Assembly (NCBI GenBank): GCA_963783305.1
Contig: CAWAMW010000017.1
Location: 1 to 64,000, forward strand
DNA: 64,000 bases
Direction: 5' to 3'
DNA from: an uncultured Gemmatimonadales bacterium
GTDB lineage: Bacteria; Gemmatimonadota; Gemmatimonadetes; Longimicrobiales; RSA9
Both the position numbers and the translations under genes were made by a program. The notes below the pieces were generated by a model. It made no database searches and had not been told where the DNA came from. It saw only the letters and a list, made by a program, of their open reading frames with translations. This document shows, piece after piece, positions 9,540-19,374 of this stretch. The first letter of the stretch is position 1, and each line of letters begins with the position of its first letter.

Positions 9540-10514
9540 CTACCCGCCCCGGTAGAGCAGCTCGGCCAGCACGGTCCCCACGGCCTCGAGCCCCTCCGGC
9601 GCCACCTGATCGAGACTATCCGCGTGGGTATGCCAGTACTGGTTTCCGGGGCCGTATTCGAAGTCGATGATGTCGATGGTCCGGATGCCGGCGTCGTTGA
9701 GCGGGATGTGGTCGTCGGTGATGGCGATCCCGGGGCTGCGCGGGAACTCGCGGTCGTACCCGAGGCGCTCGGCCATGCGCCAGACGCGCTCCACGACCTC
9801 CGGAGCGAGTCGCCGCGACTGGCCCTCCTGCGGGTAGCGTGGCGAGCGGTCGGCGACCATGTCCACGAGCACGCCGTAGAGCGGCTCGTATCCCGGTGGC
9901 TTCCGCGCCGCGAAGTGCTTGGCGCCCAGGTACATGTGGTCCGGTGCATAGTCCTCCCCGTCCACCAACAGTAGGTCCACGCCGATGGGCGGAGAATGGC
10001 TCGACAGGACGTCGGCAAGCTGCAACAGGACCGCGACGCCGCTCGCACCGTCGTTGGCGCCGGCGATCGGCCGGGACCGGAGCGCGTCGTCCGACTCCTG
10101 GTCGGCCGTGGGGCGCGTGTCCCAGTGCGCCACGAGAAGCACGCGATCCCGCGACTCCGGCCGGAACTGCGCGAAAATATTCGTCAGCTCCAGCGTCTCC
10201 CCCCGCGGCCCCACGTGCTCGAACGGCTGGATCCGGACCGTGTCCGCGCGCGCACGCAGGTACGAGGTCATCCACTCCAGTTGCGCCCGGTGCCCCTCCG
10301 TCCCTGGAACCCGCGGCCCGAACGCCACCTGCCGTTCCAGCAGCGCGAACGCCGAGTCCGCATCGAACCGCGGCGCTACCCGCTCCTCCGCCGCGATGCG
10401 GTCCGATCCCGCCCCCGCTCCCGCCCCCTCCCCCGCCTGCCCCGCGTCCCCCTGGGCACAGGCGGACAAAGCCAGGAGAGTGGTCACCAGAAGGGTCTTC
10501 GACTGTCGGTGCAT
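9540..10514 (-). CDS. M28-fold lipoprotein, glutaminyl-cyclase-like
   Basis: Lipobox LSAC; FDADSAF..QVAFGPRVPGT, AHWDTRP, GANDGASG, DGEDY, DMV, DDHIPL, WHTHAD. Start taken at MHRQSK. Confidence 0.8.
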   Translation of the reverse strand: MHRQSKTLLVTTLLALSACAQGDAGQAGEGAGAGAGSDRIAAEERVAPRFDADSAFALLERQVAFGPRVPGTEGHRAQLEWMTSYLRARADTVRIQPFEHVGPRGETLELTNIFAQFRPESRDRVLLVAHWDTRPTADQESDDALRSRPIAGANDGASGVAVLLQLADVLSSHSPPIGVDLLLVDGEDYAPDHMYLGAKHFAARKPPGYEPLYGVLVDMVADRSPRYPQEGQSRRLAPEVVERVWRMAERLGYDREFPRSPGIAITDDHIPLNDAGIRTIDIIDFEYGPGNQYWHTHADSLDQVAPEGLEAVGTVLAELLYRGG

Positions 10515-10649
10515 CCGTTTATTCCTCCACGCTGTGATCCAATCAAGATCCATCCCTTCGACGCGCGCCGCGCGGTCGCCTCGCGCGCAGCGCGGGCGAT
10601 CGACCCCCCGCGACAGCGGGTCCCGAAGGGATCGACCTGCTTCCGTCGT

Positions 10650-13600
10650 TCAAAACTCCCCCGCCTGGACGTTGAACTGGCCGAACAGCGACAGCTGGAA
10701 CTGGCTGGAGCCCGCGCGCGTCCCGATGAAGCTGCGGCGATCGATGTAGCTGCCCTGGAGCCCTACGTCCATCTGGGAGATGAGGGAAGTGAGGGTGAGG
10801 CTGGCGCGTCGATTCATGTAGTCGATGAACGCGGTGGGGTCGGTGATCCGGTCGATGCTCCAGCCGGCGCGGCTCTGCGCCTGCTCCTGGTAGTCGTAGC
10901 TGAAGGAGAGGCGGATGGGCTCGGGGATCGCCTGGCGCAGGGGACGCGGAGCCGGGAACGCGCCGCTCAACCCCACCGCGTGGCTCATGCGGCCCTGCTC
11001 GGTGAAGCCCGTGGGATCCTCACCGTCCCCGGTGGTGAAGGACCCGATGTAGGAGAACGCGATTCCGCCCGCGAAGGCGAGCCGGAACTCCAGCGGCACG
11101 GTGCGCTCGAGCTGGCTGCGGACGCGCTGCACGTCGCTGCCGAGGCGCGTGACCCGCTCGCTGCGGATGAACCCCGTAGAGACGGACCAGCGGTCCAGGA
11201 TCGCGCCGGCCCAGGCGGGTACAGGGACATCGGTCCATGCCAGCTGGATGTCCGGCCAGGCGCGCTCGAGCTGGGTGCGGACGCCAGCGCCGATGTCCAC
11301 CACGCGGGCGTCGTTCTCGGTGTAGCCCAGGTCCAGAGAGGCGCGGGAACCGATGCGGACGCCGGAGCGGGCGCGGAACCCGTCGCGTACCAGCGCCAGG
11401 GCGGCCGTGTCACCGTCCATGTACCGGAACCCGTCGATGCCGCCGAGACCCACCTGATAGTCGAGCCCGGGGCGGGCGAGCTCGCGCACGAATCGGGAGC
11501 CGACCTCGTCGGTCCAGGTGAGCTCCACCGGCTTGAGCGGCCGGACCACGGCCAGGAGCGCGCCCGCCAGGCCGCCGGGGGCGCCGGGCCGGACCCCGGC
11601 CAGGGGCGCGTCGGGCGGCGGGCCGTAGGGCAGGAGTCCGGCCCGGAGCGCGCCCCCCAGGTCGAACACCACCGCCCGCGTCAGGCTGCGGTCGCCATTG
11701 AAGGTGCGCTGGAGCTCCGAGACGGCGCTGTCGGCGGTCGGAACCGCCTCGATGTGCGACGGATCGCGCCGCTGGCTGAACCGGCTGGTCCAGATCACGG
11801 ACGGGCGCAGCCAGTCGGCGATGGCGGGCCGGAAGGACGCATCGGTGGTCATGAGACGGCCCCGCTCCCAGCCCAGCGGAACGCCCGCGATGTCGCGGCG
11901 AGCGCGCATCAGCGCCTCGCGCTCGGCGAGGAGCGGTGTGGCGCGGGCGGGGTCGAGGACGTCGCGGTCGCTGATCAGGCCGACCCGTGCGGTGAGCGAC
12001 TCCAGCGGCCGGAGCGCGATGCTGGCGCCGCTCTCGAGCGCCCTGCGCGGCGACTCGATGGCGCGTACGTCCAGGTCACGGGGCGACTCCAGCACCTGGG
12101 AGTACCGCCACACGCTGGCGTCCTGCTGGACGTAGCCGGCGGAGAACCCGACGCGCTCGGGTGTGAGCCGGAGCCGGGCGTCGGTGACCCGATCGAAGAA
12201 CGCGCTCCGCTCCACGCGTGCCGGCGCGAGCCAGCGGAGCAGACCCTCCAGGAACCGGGGGAGCACACCCACGCCCACGTCGGTCACCCGACGATCGACC
12301 TGGATCCCACCATCGAAGCCGTCGATGCGACGGGCGGTGGTCACGGTGGCATCCGACGAGCGGATATGGCCCGCATGGAGGACGGTGCCGTCCACGAGGG
12401 CGGACACGATGGGGTGGCTGGAGGGCGTGGTCTTCCGCAGCGACAGCCCCACGCGCCGGCGAGTGGTGCCCGCCTCCCGCAGCCCCGGGAGACGGTCGGC
12501 GCGCACGTCCGTACCGGGGAGGAAGATGGGGCTCAGATCCGTCTTCAGGTACGACACCGTGAGCGGCATGGCCACGCCCCAGGAGGCGGGGACGAAGCGG
12601 CCGAGCTCGGTTGTGGTGTTCACCGACAGGTCGTTCACCGTCTCCCAGCTCGCGCTCCCCTCCAGCTGCCGGAACCGGCCGCCCCGGCCGCCGACCGCCA
12701 CCGCGGCGGAGAACACACCGCCGGCGTTCAGGTCCACGTTCATGCGCCCGGCGAACCCGGGCCCCGTCGCGCCATCGCCCAGCCGCAGGTCGTCGATCCA
12801 GACCTCGCCGGTGGAGGCGGTCGAGCCTCTATTGAAAACGGCGAACGTGAGCTCGCGGACCGCCGCGAGGTTGGGCGCCCGGGCGCGGTCCTCCAGGACG
12901 ATGCCGTAGCGACCGTCCTCGCTCCAGATCACCACCGGACCCGCTCCGGCGCCCTCCGCCAGCCGCCGTTCCGCCTCGGCCTTCAGCGCCAGCCACTCCT
13001 CCACGTCCACCACGTGCTCCGGGAGCCAGTCGCCCACCGTCACACCCGCCGCGGTCCCCACCGGGTTCAGCGACGAGCGGTAGATGTAGTAGTTGCCGGG
13101 GTCGGTGCCGATCTTGAAGAGCAGCTCGTGGTCACCCGACGGTCCCCAGCTCCCGGTGAGGGGCACGGCCCAGAACCGGACCTCGCGGTACTCGAGGAAG
13201 TTGCGCGGCTGCTGCGGGTACCGGAAATAGACTTCCGCCCGCTCGTCCCCCGGCAGCTCGTCCCAGCTGAGCCGAAGCGACTTCTCGTTGAACTCGACGC
13301 CCGTGGCCCCGATGGCCGACTTGGGGTCCTGGATCTCGTCCGCCACCCCGGGCGGAGACGTGTACGACCCGCCATCGGTGAGCCGACTCACCGTGCCAAC
13401 GCGGACGGTGGTCGTGGCCGCCCCGCTGCCCGGCTCGCTCCCGGTCCGACCCGACACCACCCCCGCCAGGTCGCGCTTGGTCCAGCGGGATCCCGCGATC
13501 CGGAGCCGGGCCAGCGCCAGCGTGCCGCGCCCCTCCGCGGGCTTCACCATGGTCATCCGGATGTGCTTCACGTATCGCCATGTGGCCTCCGTCGCCCCCG

Positions 13601-16600
13601 CCAGCGGCAGCGCCCCACCGCCCTTCAGCGGCACGCGGAAGAGCCGGAACGGTGTGCCCGTGGCCGCCTGGCCCCGCACCAGGTAGGGCGAGCTGGATGT
13701 GAGCGGGATGACGTAGCGGAACGAGGGGCCGTCGGTGGCGTCCAGCACCCCGTTGGCGTTCAGGTCCTCGCTGTCGGGCCGGCCGTTCAGCACGGTGCAG
13801 TTGGCCCGGAAGTCGCCCAGCGGCACCGGCGCGATGCGCTCCGCCTGGCACATCTGGTTCCAGATCCCGCGGCGATCGTTCTCCGGGCCCCACACCTCCC
13901 GCCGGTCCAGGCGCGCCTCCGCGTCCAGCACGCCCTCGCCCCACGGCCGGCCGTACTGGTCGATGCCGCCCAGCTCGCCGCTGCCGCCGAAGTAGAACGC
14001 GTCCTCGCTCACCGTGCCGATGTCCACCACCAGCACCACGTTGTTGGTGGGGCCGGCCATGGGCGCCGCGTAGAACTCCAGGAACTCCGACCTGGAGAGG
14101 TCCTGCCCGGTGGTGGACAGGGCGGTGGTGATGGATCGCCATTCGGGCGTCTCCCCGGGCCCGCCACCCATGGTCAGGTAGAGGACGGGCTCGGCCAGCC
14201 GCGCACCGGCGAACGCGATCTGCTCATCGATCTCGCGGGGCGTGAGGAACCCCACATCGCGCTCACCGACCCGGTATCGGTCCTGCCACACCAGCGGGGA
14301 GGCGTTGGCGGTGGTGAGGGGGAGGGCGCCCATGGGGAAGGCCGTGACGTCCTCGGGGACGCTCCCCACCTGCCAGTCCGCGGCGCCCAGGGAGAGCGAG
14401 AGCTCGTCCGTCGCCTCGAAGTCGTCGAGGTAGGTGGCGCCCGTACGGTTGGGGTCCGCATCGGAGAACGCCATCTCGCCCCGCACATCGAGCCGCGCCA
14501 CGGAATCCACCGAGAGCCCCGGGATACTGCGCAGGGCGCGGGTGAGCCAGTCCGCCTGGAACGCGAGCCGGCCGCTGGCTCCGCCCAGGAGCACGGCGCC
14601 GGGCGCGGCGCCCAGCTGGGGTCGCCGAACCACCGTCTGCTGCGACTGGTACATCCCCATGAGGTTGATGTCCCCGTACGCTCCGAGGGGCGCGGCGGCG
14701 TTCAGCCCGAACACCGTGGTGGGCGCAATGTCGAACAGCGACTTCTGCTCCCAGCTGGCCCGGATCTCCGCATCCGGGTTCCCGCCCAGGGTGGCGGCGG
14801 GATCGAGCAGCGTCACGACCCCCAGGTCGTAATCGACGACGTAGTCGACGCCGCGCACCAGGAGCCGATCGTCGACGGTGACCCGCTCGCTCCCCTGCCG
14901 GATGCCGAACGCCCCGAGGTTGAAGCTGCTCAGCAGCCCTTCCAGCTGGACCTGGTAGCGGAAGTTCAGCCGGAACCGGCTGCTGCTCCGCCGCACCACC
15001 GGGTCGACCGCTTCGTAGATGGCGGGGTTCGCGTCGCTCCCGAGCACCAGCCCGGCCTCCAGCGCGCTCAGCCCCTCGCTCGGGACCGGCGGTGGACGCC
15101 CGAACGGCTCCAGCGTCGGGAAGATCAGGAACGTGCCGCGGAGCCCGCTGGGGCCCAGCGCGTCGAAATCGGCTCCTGGGCGGAACAGGTGCGCCAGGTC
15201 CACCACGTCGGTGGGGGCGTCGTCATCGAGGCCAAAGAGGCGGAGGAGCGGGATGGGTCGACCGGCGTACTCCTTGAACGTCTCGCCCCCCGCCACGTGG
15301 CCGAGGGAGATGACCAGGTCCAGGCTGGACGGCTCCACCTGCGCCGAGCTGTCGAGGCGGTAGACCTGGTGCATCTCCCAGAGCCACGTGGGCTGGCCCG
15401 GCTGGTGGACGGTGATGGGACCACGCACCAGCCGGAGCTCGGGCGTCTCCCCCGACGGGGCCGCTTCCGCGTTCGGGTCACCCACCTCCAGCCCGGTCTC
15501 GGAAACGTACGCCACCGCCAGCGCCTCGTCGTCCCGGAGCGGCGCCCGGAGCGCGATCCAGAGGCCGCTCGGGTGCATGTAGTAGTCCTGCCCGGGCTCC
15601 AGCAGGTTGAACAAACCGCTGTGCCGCAGCTCCCCGTCCGCCGTGACCGCGTCCGCCAGGAACGTCCCCGCCTGCGCCTGGTCGGTGTAGCGCTGCATGG
15701 TCACACCATTGTCACGGTACAGCGCCAGCCGGTCCGGACGCGGCCGCAGCCGGGCGGGGGCGGCCTCGCGGTCCAGCTCGATGACGTCCACGTCCGGCCA
15801 GCCCTCGAGCTCCGTCGGGCCCACCAGGAAGAAGAACTGCCCGGACGCGTAATCTGCGTCATCCAGCACCAGCTCCTGGTCCTGGACCAGGCCCGCCTGT
15901 CCGCCGCCCAGTCGGAACTCGCGCGCGGCGATGTCGCCCTTCTGCTGCGCCCAGAGCGCCGACACGTCCATTGCGCCGAAACGGGCGGTGGTCTTGAAGC
16001 CGAAGTTCCCCGCCGGGATCCCCTGGGTCAGGTAGCGCGAAGCGGGTAGATCGATGCTCACGTCGCCCATCTCGACCCGCTGCAGCAGCTCGCCCGGCTC
16101 GCCCTGGTAGTGGACGCTGATGTTGTTCGCGGCATCGAACTCCCGCCGCTGGTCATAGTCCACGTTCACGTGGATACGGTCCGTGATCGTCCCACCCACC
16201 TGGATGCCGAACTGCATGTCCGGCTGGAGGCGCGGCAGCAGGTCGGGATTGCAGTTCAGGTCGAGGCCTGTCTCGCACGGCCGGAACTGCCGCCACTCGC
16301 CCCCCAGCGCGCCCCGCCCCTCCACCCGGAGCCCCAGGTTCGTCACCTCCTGCACCACCTCCGGCAGCTCCAGCTCCCGGAACACTCGCCCCCCCTCGCC
16401 CGTATCCCTTTCCACGGGCGCGTCCACGGGCGCGTCCAGGGGCAGGTCCCCGGTCACGTCCGAGCGCGCGCCTGAGGCCAGCATGGCCTGGGCTGCCGAG
16501 TCGAGGGCGAGCGGACCGGGCCAGGAGGGGAGGTCGGCGAGGTAGGCGGGCGGGAGCGGTGCGAGCCCCAGCCGGAGAGTGGCGGCGGGTGGGGCGAGGA

Positions 16601-16712
16601 GCCGATCGGCGGACAGGCGGAGGCGCGGGGGATGCCCTTCGGGCGCCTGCGCGGATACGCGCGCGGCGCTCGCCAGGAGCAGGATCAGAGGGAAGAGCTT
16701 CCTCAACCGCAT
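10650..16712 (-). CDS. sprA: SprA-like very large outer-membrane beta-barrel protein (T9SS translocon homolog)
   Basis: 2020 aa, signal peptide, C-terminal Phe. Motifs resembling SprA: EFDAANNISVHYQGEPGELLQRVEMGDVS, GSERVTV...GVDYVVDYDLGVV, ATYLDDFE, DSEDLNANGVLD, GEVWIDDLRL. Confidence 0.8.
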   Translation of the reverse strand: MRLRKLFPLILLLASAARVSAQAPEGHPPRLRLSADRLLAPPAATLRLGLAPLPPAYLADLPSWPGPLALDSAAQAMLASGARSDVTGDLPLDAPVDAPVERDTGEGGRVFRELELPEVVQEVTNLGLRVEGRGALGGEWRQFRPCETGLDLNCNPDLLPRLQPDMQFGIQVGGTITDRIHVNVDYDQRREFDAANNISVHYQGEPGELLQRVEMGDVSIDLPASRYLTQGIPAGNFGFKTTARFGAMDVSALWAQQKGDIAAREFRLGGGQAGLVQDQELVLDDADYASGQFFFLVGPTELEGWPDVDVIELDREAAPARLRPRPDRLALYRDNGVTMQRYTDQAQAGTFLADAVTADGELRHSGLFNLLEPGQDYYMHPSGLWIALRAPLRDDEALAVAYVSETGLEVGDPNAEAAPSGETPELRLVRGPITVHQPGQPTWLWEMHQVYRLDSSAQVEPSSLDLVISLGHVAGGETFKEYAGRPIPLLRLFGLDDDAPTDVVDLAHLFRPGADFDALGPSGLRGTFLIFPTLEPFGRPPPVPSEGLSALEAGLVLGSDANPAIYEAVDPVVRRSSSRFRLNFRYQVQLEGLLSSFNLGAFGIRQGSERVTVDDRLLVRGVDYVVDYDLGVVTLLDPAATLGGNPDAEIRASWEQKSLFDIAPTTVFGLNAAAPLGAYGDINLMGMYQSQQTVVRRPQLGAAPGAVLLGGASGRLAFQADWLTRALRSIPGLSVDSVARLDVRGEMAFSDADPNRTGATYLDDFEATDELSLSLGAADWQVGSVPEDVTAFPMGALPLTTANASPLVWQDRYRVGERDVGFLTPREIDEQIAFAGARLAEPVLYLTMGGGPGETPEWRSITTALSTTGQDLSRSEFLEFYAAPMAGPTNNVVLVVDIGTVSEDAFYFGGSGELGGIDQYGRPWGEGVLDAEARLDRREVWGPENDRRGIWNQMCQAERIAPVPLGDFRANCTVLNGRPDSEDLNANGVLDATDGPSFRYVIPLTSSSPYLVRGQAATGTPFRLFRVPLKGGGALPLAGATEATWRYVKHIRMTMVKPAEGRGTLALARLRIAGSRWTKRDLAGVVSGRTGSEPGSGAATTTVRVGTVSRLTDGGSYTSPPGVADEIQDPKSAIGATGVEFNEKSLRLSWDELPGDERAEVYFRYPQQPRNFLEYREVRFWAVPLTGSWGPSGDHELLFKIGTDPGNYYIYRSSLNPVGTAAGVTVGDWLPEHVVDVEEWLALKAEAERRLAEGAGAGPVVIWSEDGRYGIVLEDRARAPNLAAVRELTFAVFNRGSTASTGEVWIDDLRLGDGATGPGFAGRMNVDLNAGGVFSAAVAVGGRGGRFRQLEGSASWETVNDLSVNTTTELGRFVPASWGVAMPLTVSYLKTDLSPIFLPGTDVRADRLPGLREAGTTRRRVGLSLRKTTPSSHPIVSALVDGTVLHAGHIRSSDATVTTARRIDGFDGGIQVDRRVTDVGVGVLPRFLEGLLRWLAPARVERSAFFDRVTDARLRLTPERVGFSAGYVQQDASVWRYSQVLESPRDLDVRAIESPRRALESGASIALRPLESLTARVGLISDRDVLDPARATPLLAEREALMRARRDIAGVPLGWERGRLMTTDASFRPAIADWLRPSVIWTSRFSQRRDPSHIEAVPTADSAVSELQRTFNGDRSLTRAVVFDLGGALRAGLLPYGPPPDAPLAGVRPGAPGGLAGALLAVVRPLKPVELTWTDEVGSRFVRELARPGLDYQVGLGGIDGFRYMDGDTAALALVRDGFRARSGVRIGSRASLDLGYTENDARVVDIGAGVRTQLERAWPDIQLAWTDVPVPAWAGAILDRWSVSTGFIRSERVTRLGSDVQRVRSQLERTVPLEFRLAFAGGIAFSYIGSFTTGDGEDPTGFTEQGRMSHAVGLSGAFPAPRPLRQAIPEPIRLSFSYDYQEQAQSRAGWSIDRITDPTAFIDYMNRRASLTLTSLISQMDVGLQGSYIDRRSFIGTRAGSSQFQLSLFGQFNVQAGEF

Positions 16713-16773
16713 GCCAGTCGACCGGGTTCGACCCTCGCCAGCGGCGGGCCCGCTCCACTGCGGATCGTACGGG

Positions 16774-16802
16774 TTGTAGGGCCTTGAATCAGCAGGTATT
16801 AT
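16774..16802 (+). promoter_or_regulatory. Putative sigma70 promoter of lptFG
   Basis: TTGTAG-N17-TATTAT, 35 bp upstream of ATG 16838. Confidence 0.55.
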
Positions 16803-16837
16803 AACGACTTACGAGGACGGGGAACAACGAGCGAAGA

Positions 16838-18304
16838 ATGGGAATCCTGACGCGGTACATACTTCGGGCCCATGTCGCGCCCTTCTTCTTCGCCCTCAGC
16901 GTGCTGACGGGCGTGCTGATGATCAACACGGTGGCGCGCCGGCTGGAAATGCTGGCGGGGAAAGGGCTGCCGTGGTCGGTCATGGCCGAGGTCTTCGTCC
17001 TCTCTCTCCCCCATATCCTGGCGCTCACGCTGCCCATGAGCGTGCTGGTGGCCACGCTGTACGCGTTCACCCGGCTCGCGGCGGACAACGAGATCACGGC
17101 GCTCAAGGCGTCGGGCGTGAACCTGAACCGTCTGCTGGTCCCGCTCCTCCTGATCGCCACGCTCTTCGCCGGCGGGATGGTCTGGTTCAACGACTACCTG
17201 CTCCCGGAGACGAACCACACGCTGAAGCTGCGCCTGTTAGACATCCAGCGAAAGGCGCCGACGCTGACGCTGAGCGAGCAGACGATCAACCCCGTGCGGA
17301 CGGGGCGGAGCTCCCGGCCGGAGTACTACCTGCAGGCGGCAAAGATCCGGTCGGCCAGCAACGAGCTGGAAGACGTGGTGATCTACGACCTGAGCGACCG
17401 CGACCGGAACCAGACCATTTACGCGGACAGCGGGGTGATGGCGTTCAGCGAGGGGCACACGGACCTCTACCTGACGCTCTACGACGGCTGGATCAACCAG
17501 ATCGAAAACAGCAACCCGGAACGCTTCGTCCGCAGCTTTTTCCAGGAGTACCAGATCCAGATCCGGGGTGTGGGAAACGAGCTGGGCCGGACGGAGGGGC
17601 GCGGTGAGGGGTACCGTTCCGACCGCGAGATGTCGCTCGCGATGCTCCGGCGAGAGGCGGAGTTCTCCCGCGGCCGCGCCGACTCGCTGCGCACTGAGGC
17701 CGTGCTCGCGGCGACCGTGGCCCTCGACCGGATCCTGGCGGGGCCGGGCCGCAGTCGCGAGCCGCCGCCGGGCATAGCGGGCGACAACCCGCGACGCTCC
17801 CTCTACTTCCCGGAGAACACCTATCCTGCCGGGCGCGACTCGGTCTACGACGAGCTGACTCGCCGGGCGGCGCTCGAGCTGAACGGCCTCTCCGGTAACG
17901 CACTGGGGCTGGAGCGACGCGCCAACGTCCACCTCGTGGAGTACCACAAGAAGTACGCGATCTCCTGGGCCGTGATCGTCTTCATCCTGCTGGGCGCGCC
18001 GCTGGCCGTGCGATTCCCGCGCGGGGGCGTGGGTCTCGTGATCGCCGCGTCCATCGGGATCTTCGCCGTCTACTACGCGGGGCTGATCGGGGGCGAGAAC
18101 CTGGCCGACGAAGCGGACGTCTCACCCTGGATGGCCATGTGGGCGCCCAACGTGATCTTCTTCGTGGCCGCGCTCTGGGGGCTCTCGCGGATCGGGAAAG
18201 AGGCGGCCACGGACCGGGGCGGCGGCTGGGACGACATGTGGGCGTCGATCAAGGGTCTGCTCAGCCGACCCCGTCGGTCCGCGCGGGAGAGCGAGGGCCG
18301 GTGA
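16838..18304 (+). CDS. lptF: LptF/LptG family LPS export permease
   Basis: ILTRYIL, LPMSVLVATLYAFTRLAADNEITALKASGV, EYHKKYAIS, AMWAPNVIF. Confidence 0.85.
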   Translation: MGILTRYILRAHVAPFFFALSVLTGVLMINTVARRLEMLAGKGLPWSVMAEVFVLSLPHILALTLPMSVLVATLYAFTRLAADNEITALKASGVNLNRLLVPLLLIATLFAGGMVWFNDYLLPETNHTLKLRLLDIQRKAPTLTLSEQTINPVRTGRSSRPEYYLQAAKIRSASNELEDVVIYDLSDRDRNQTIYADSGVMAFSEGHTDLYLTLYDGWINQIENSNPERFVRSFFQEYQIQIRGVGNELGRTEGRGEGYRSDREMSLAMLRREAEFSRGRADSLRTEAVLAATVALDRILAGPGRSREPPPGIAGDNPRRSLYFPENTYPAGRDSVYDELTRRAALELNGLSGNALGLERRANVHLVEYHKKYAISWAVIVFILLGAPLAVRFPRGGVGLVIAASIGIFAVYYAGLIGGENLADEADVSPWMAMWAPNVIFFVAALWGLSRIGKEAATDRGGGWDDMWASIKGLLSRPRRSARESEGR

Positions 18305-19374
18305 GGATCCTCGACCGCCTGGTGGTGGGCGAGTTCGTCCGGCTCTTCATCCTGTTCATGTTCGCCTCGCCCGTCCTCTTCATCCTGGGCGACCTGACGG
18401 ACAACCTCGACACCTACCTGGACCGCCAGTACAGCGCCGCTCAGGTGGTCATGGGGTACATCTACCAGCTCCCGCTGTTCATCTCCTGGGGACTCCCCGT
18501 GGCCGCGCTGATCGCCACGATCTTCACCGTGAACAACATGACCCGGCACTCGGAAGTGGCGGCGGCGAAGGCCGGCGGGATCAGCTTCTACCGGCTCTAC
18601 GCCGCGCTCCCGGCCATGGGGATCGCGCTCGCGGTGCTCGGGCTCGTGCTCACGGAGCTGATCCCCATCGGCAATCGGCTGCGGGCGGAGACCTTTACCA
18701 GCGAGGAGAGCCGCGTCGAGCAGACCAGCCGCACCGACTTCATCTACCGGGACCTGGACGGCCGCGTGTTCGCCATCCGCCGCCTGAACGTTGCCGAGGG
18801 CGAGATCCAGGGGATCACCATGGAGCGGGAAGGCTCGGAGCCCGAGGTCCCGAGCGTCCACATCTACGCCCCCACGGCAGTCTACGACAGCACCGGATGG
18901 ACGCTCCAGGACGGATTCCTGCGGCTGATGGCGGGCCCCGACGTGGAGCGGGCGTTCCGGTTCGAGCGGCTGTCCACACGCGGCTTCACGGAGGCGCCCG
19001 AGCAGCTGGTGGACACCCAGAAAAACCCGGACATGATGGGGTACGAAGAGCTCGGTCAGCTCATCCAGATCCTGCAGCGGTCCGGCGGCGACCCCCTCGA
19101 CCTCATGGTGGAGCGAGCGCAGAAGATCGCCATCCCCGTGGCCGCGCTGGTCATCATCCTGTTCGCCGCACCGCTCGCCAACTCGGGCCCGCGCGGCGGC
19201 GCGGCCTACGGGGTGGGGGTGTCGCTCGGCATCACCATCGTCTACCTGATGCTGTTCAAGGTGGCGGGCGCGGCCGGCGCGAGCGGCGCCCTCCCCCCCA
19301 CCGCCGCGGCGTGGCTCCCGAACGTGCTCTTCGCCCTGGCCTCCCTCTACATGATCCGGCAGGTCAGGACGTAA
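18301..19374 (+). CDS. lptG: LptF/LptG family LPS export permease
   Basis: GTG overlaps the lptF stop (GTGA); RILDRL, HSEVAAAKAGGISFYR, AAWLPNVLF. Confidence 0.85.
   Translation: MRILDRLVVGEFVRLFILFMFASPVLFILGDLTDNLDTYLDRQYSAAQVVMGYIYQLPLFISWGLPVAALIATIFTVNNMTRHSEVAAAKAGGISFYRLYAALPAMGIALAVLGLVLTELIPIGNRLRAETFTSEESRVEQTSRTDFIYRDLDGRVFAIRRLNVAEGEIQGITMEREGSEPEVPSVHIYAPTAVYDSTGWTLQDGFLRLMAGPDVERAFRFERLSTRGFTEAPEQLVDTQKNPDMMGYEELGQLIQILQRSGGDPLDLMVERAQKIAIPVAALVIILFAAPLANSGPRGGAAYGVGVSLGITIVYLMLFKVAGAAGASGALPPTAAAWLPNVLFALASLYMIRQVRT

Noticed and set aside
9996..16049. 2017-aa + strand ORF
   Set aside because: Antisense shadow of sprA; Arg/Pro/His-rich, no motifs. Long stop-free antisense frames are expected at this GC content.
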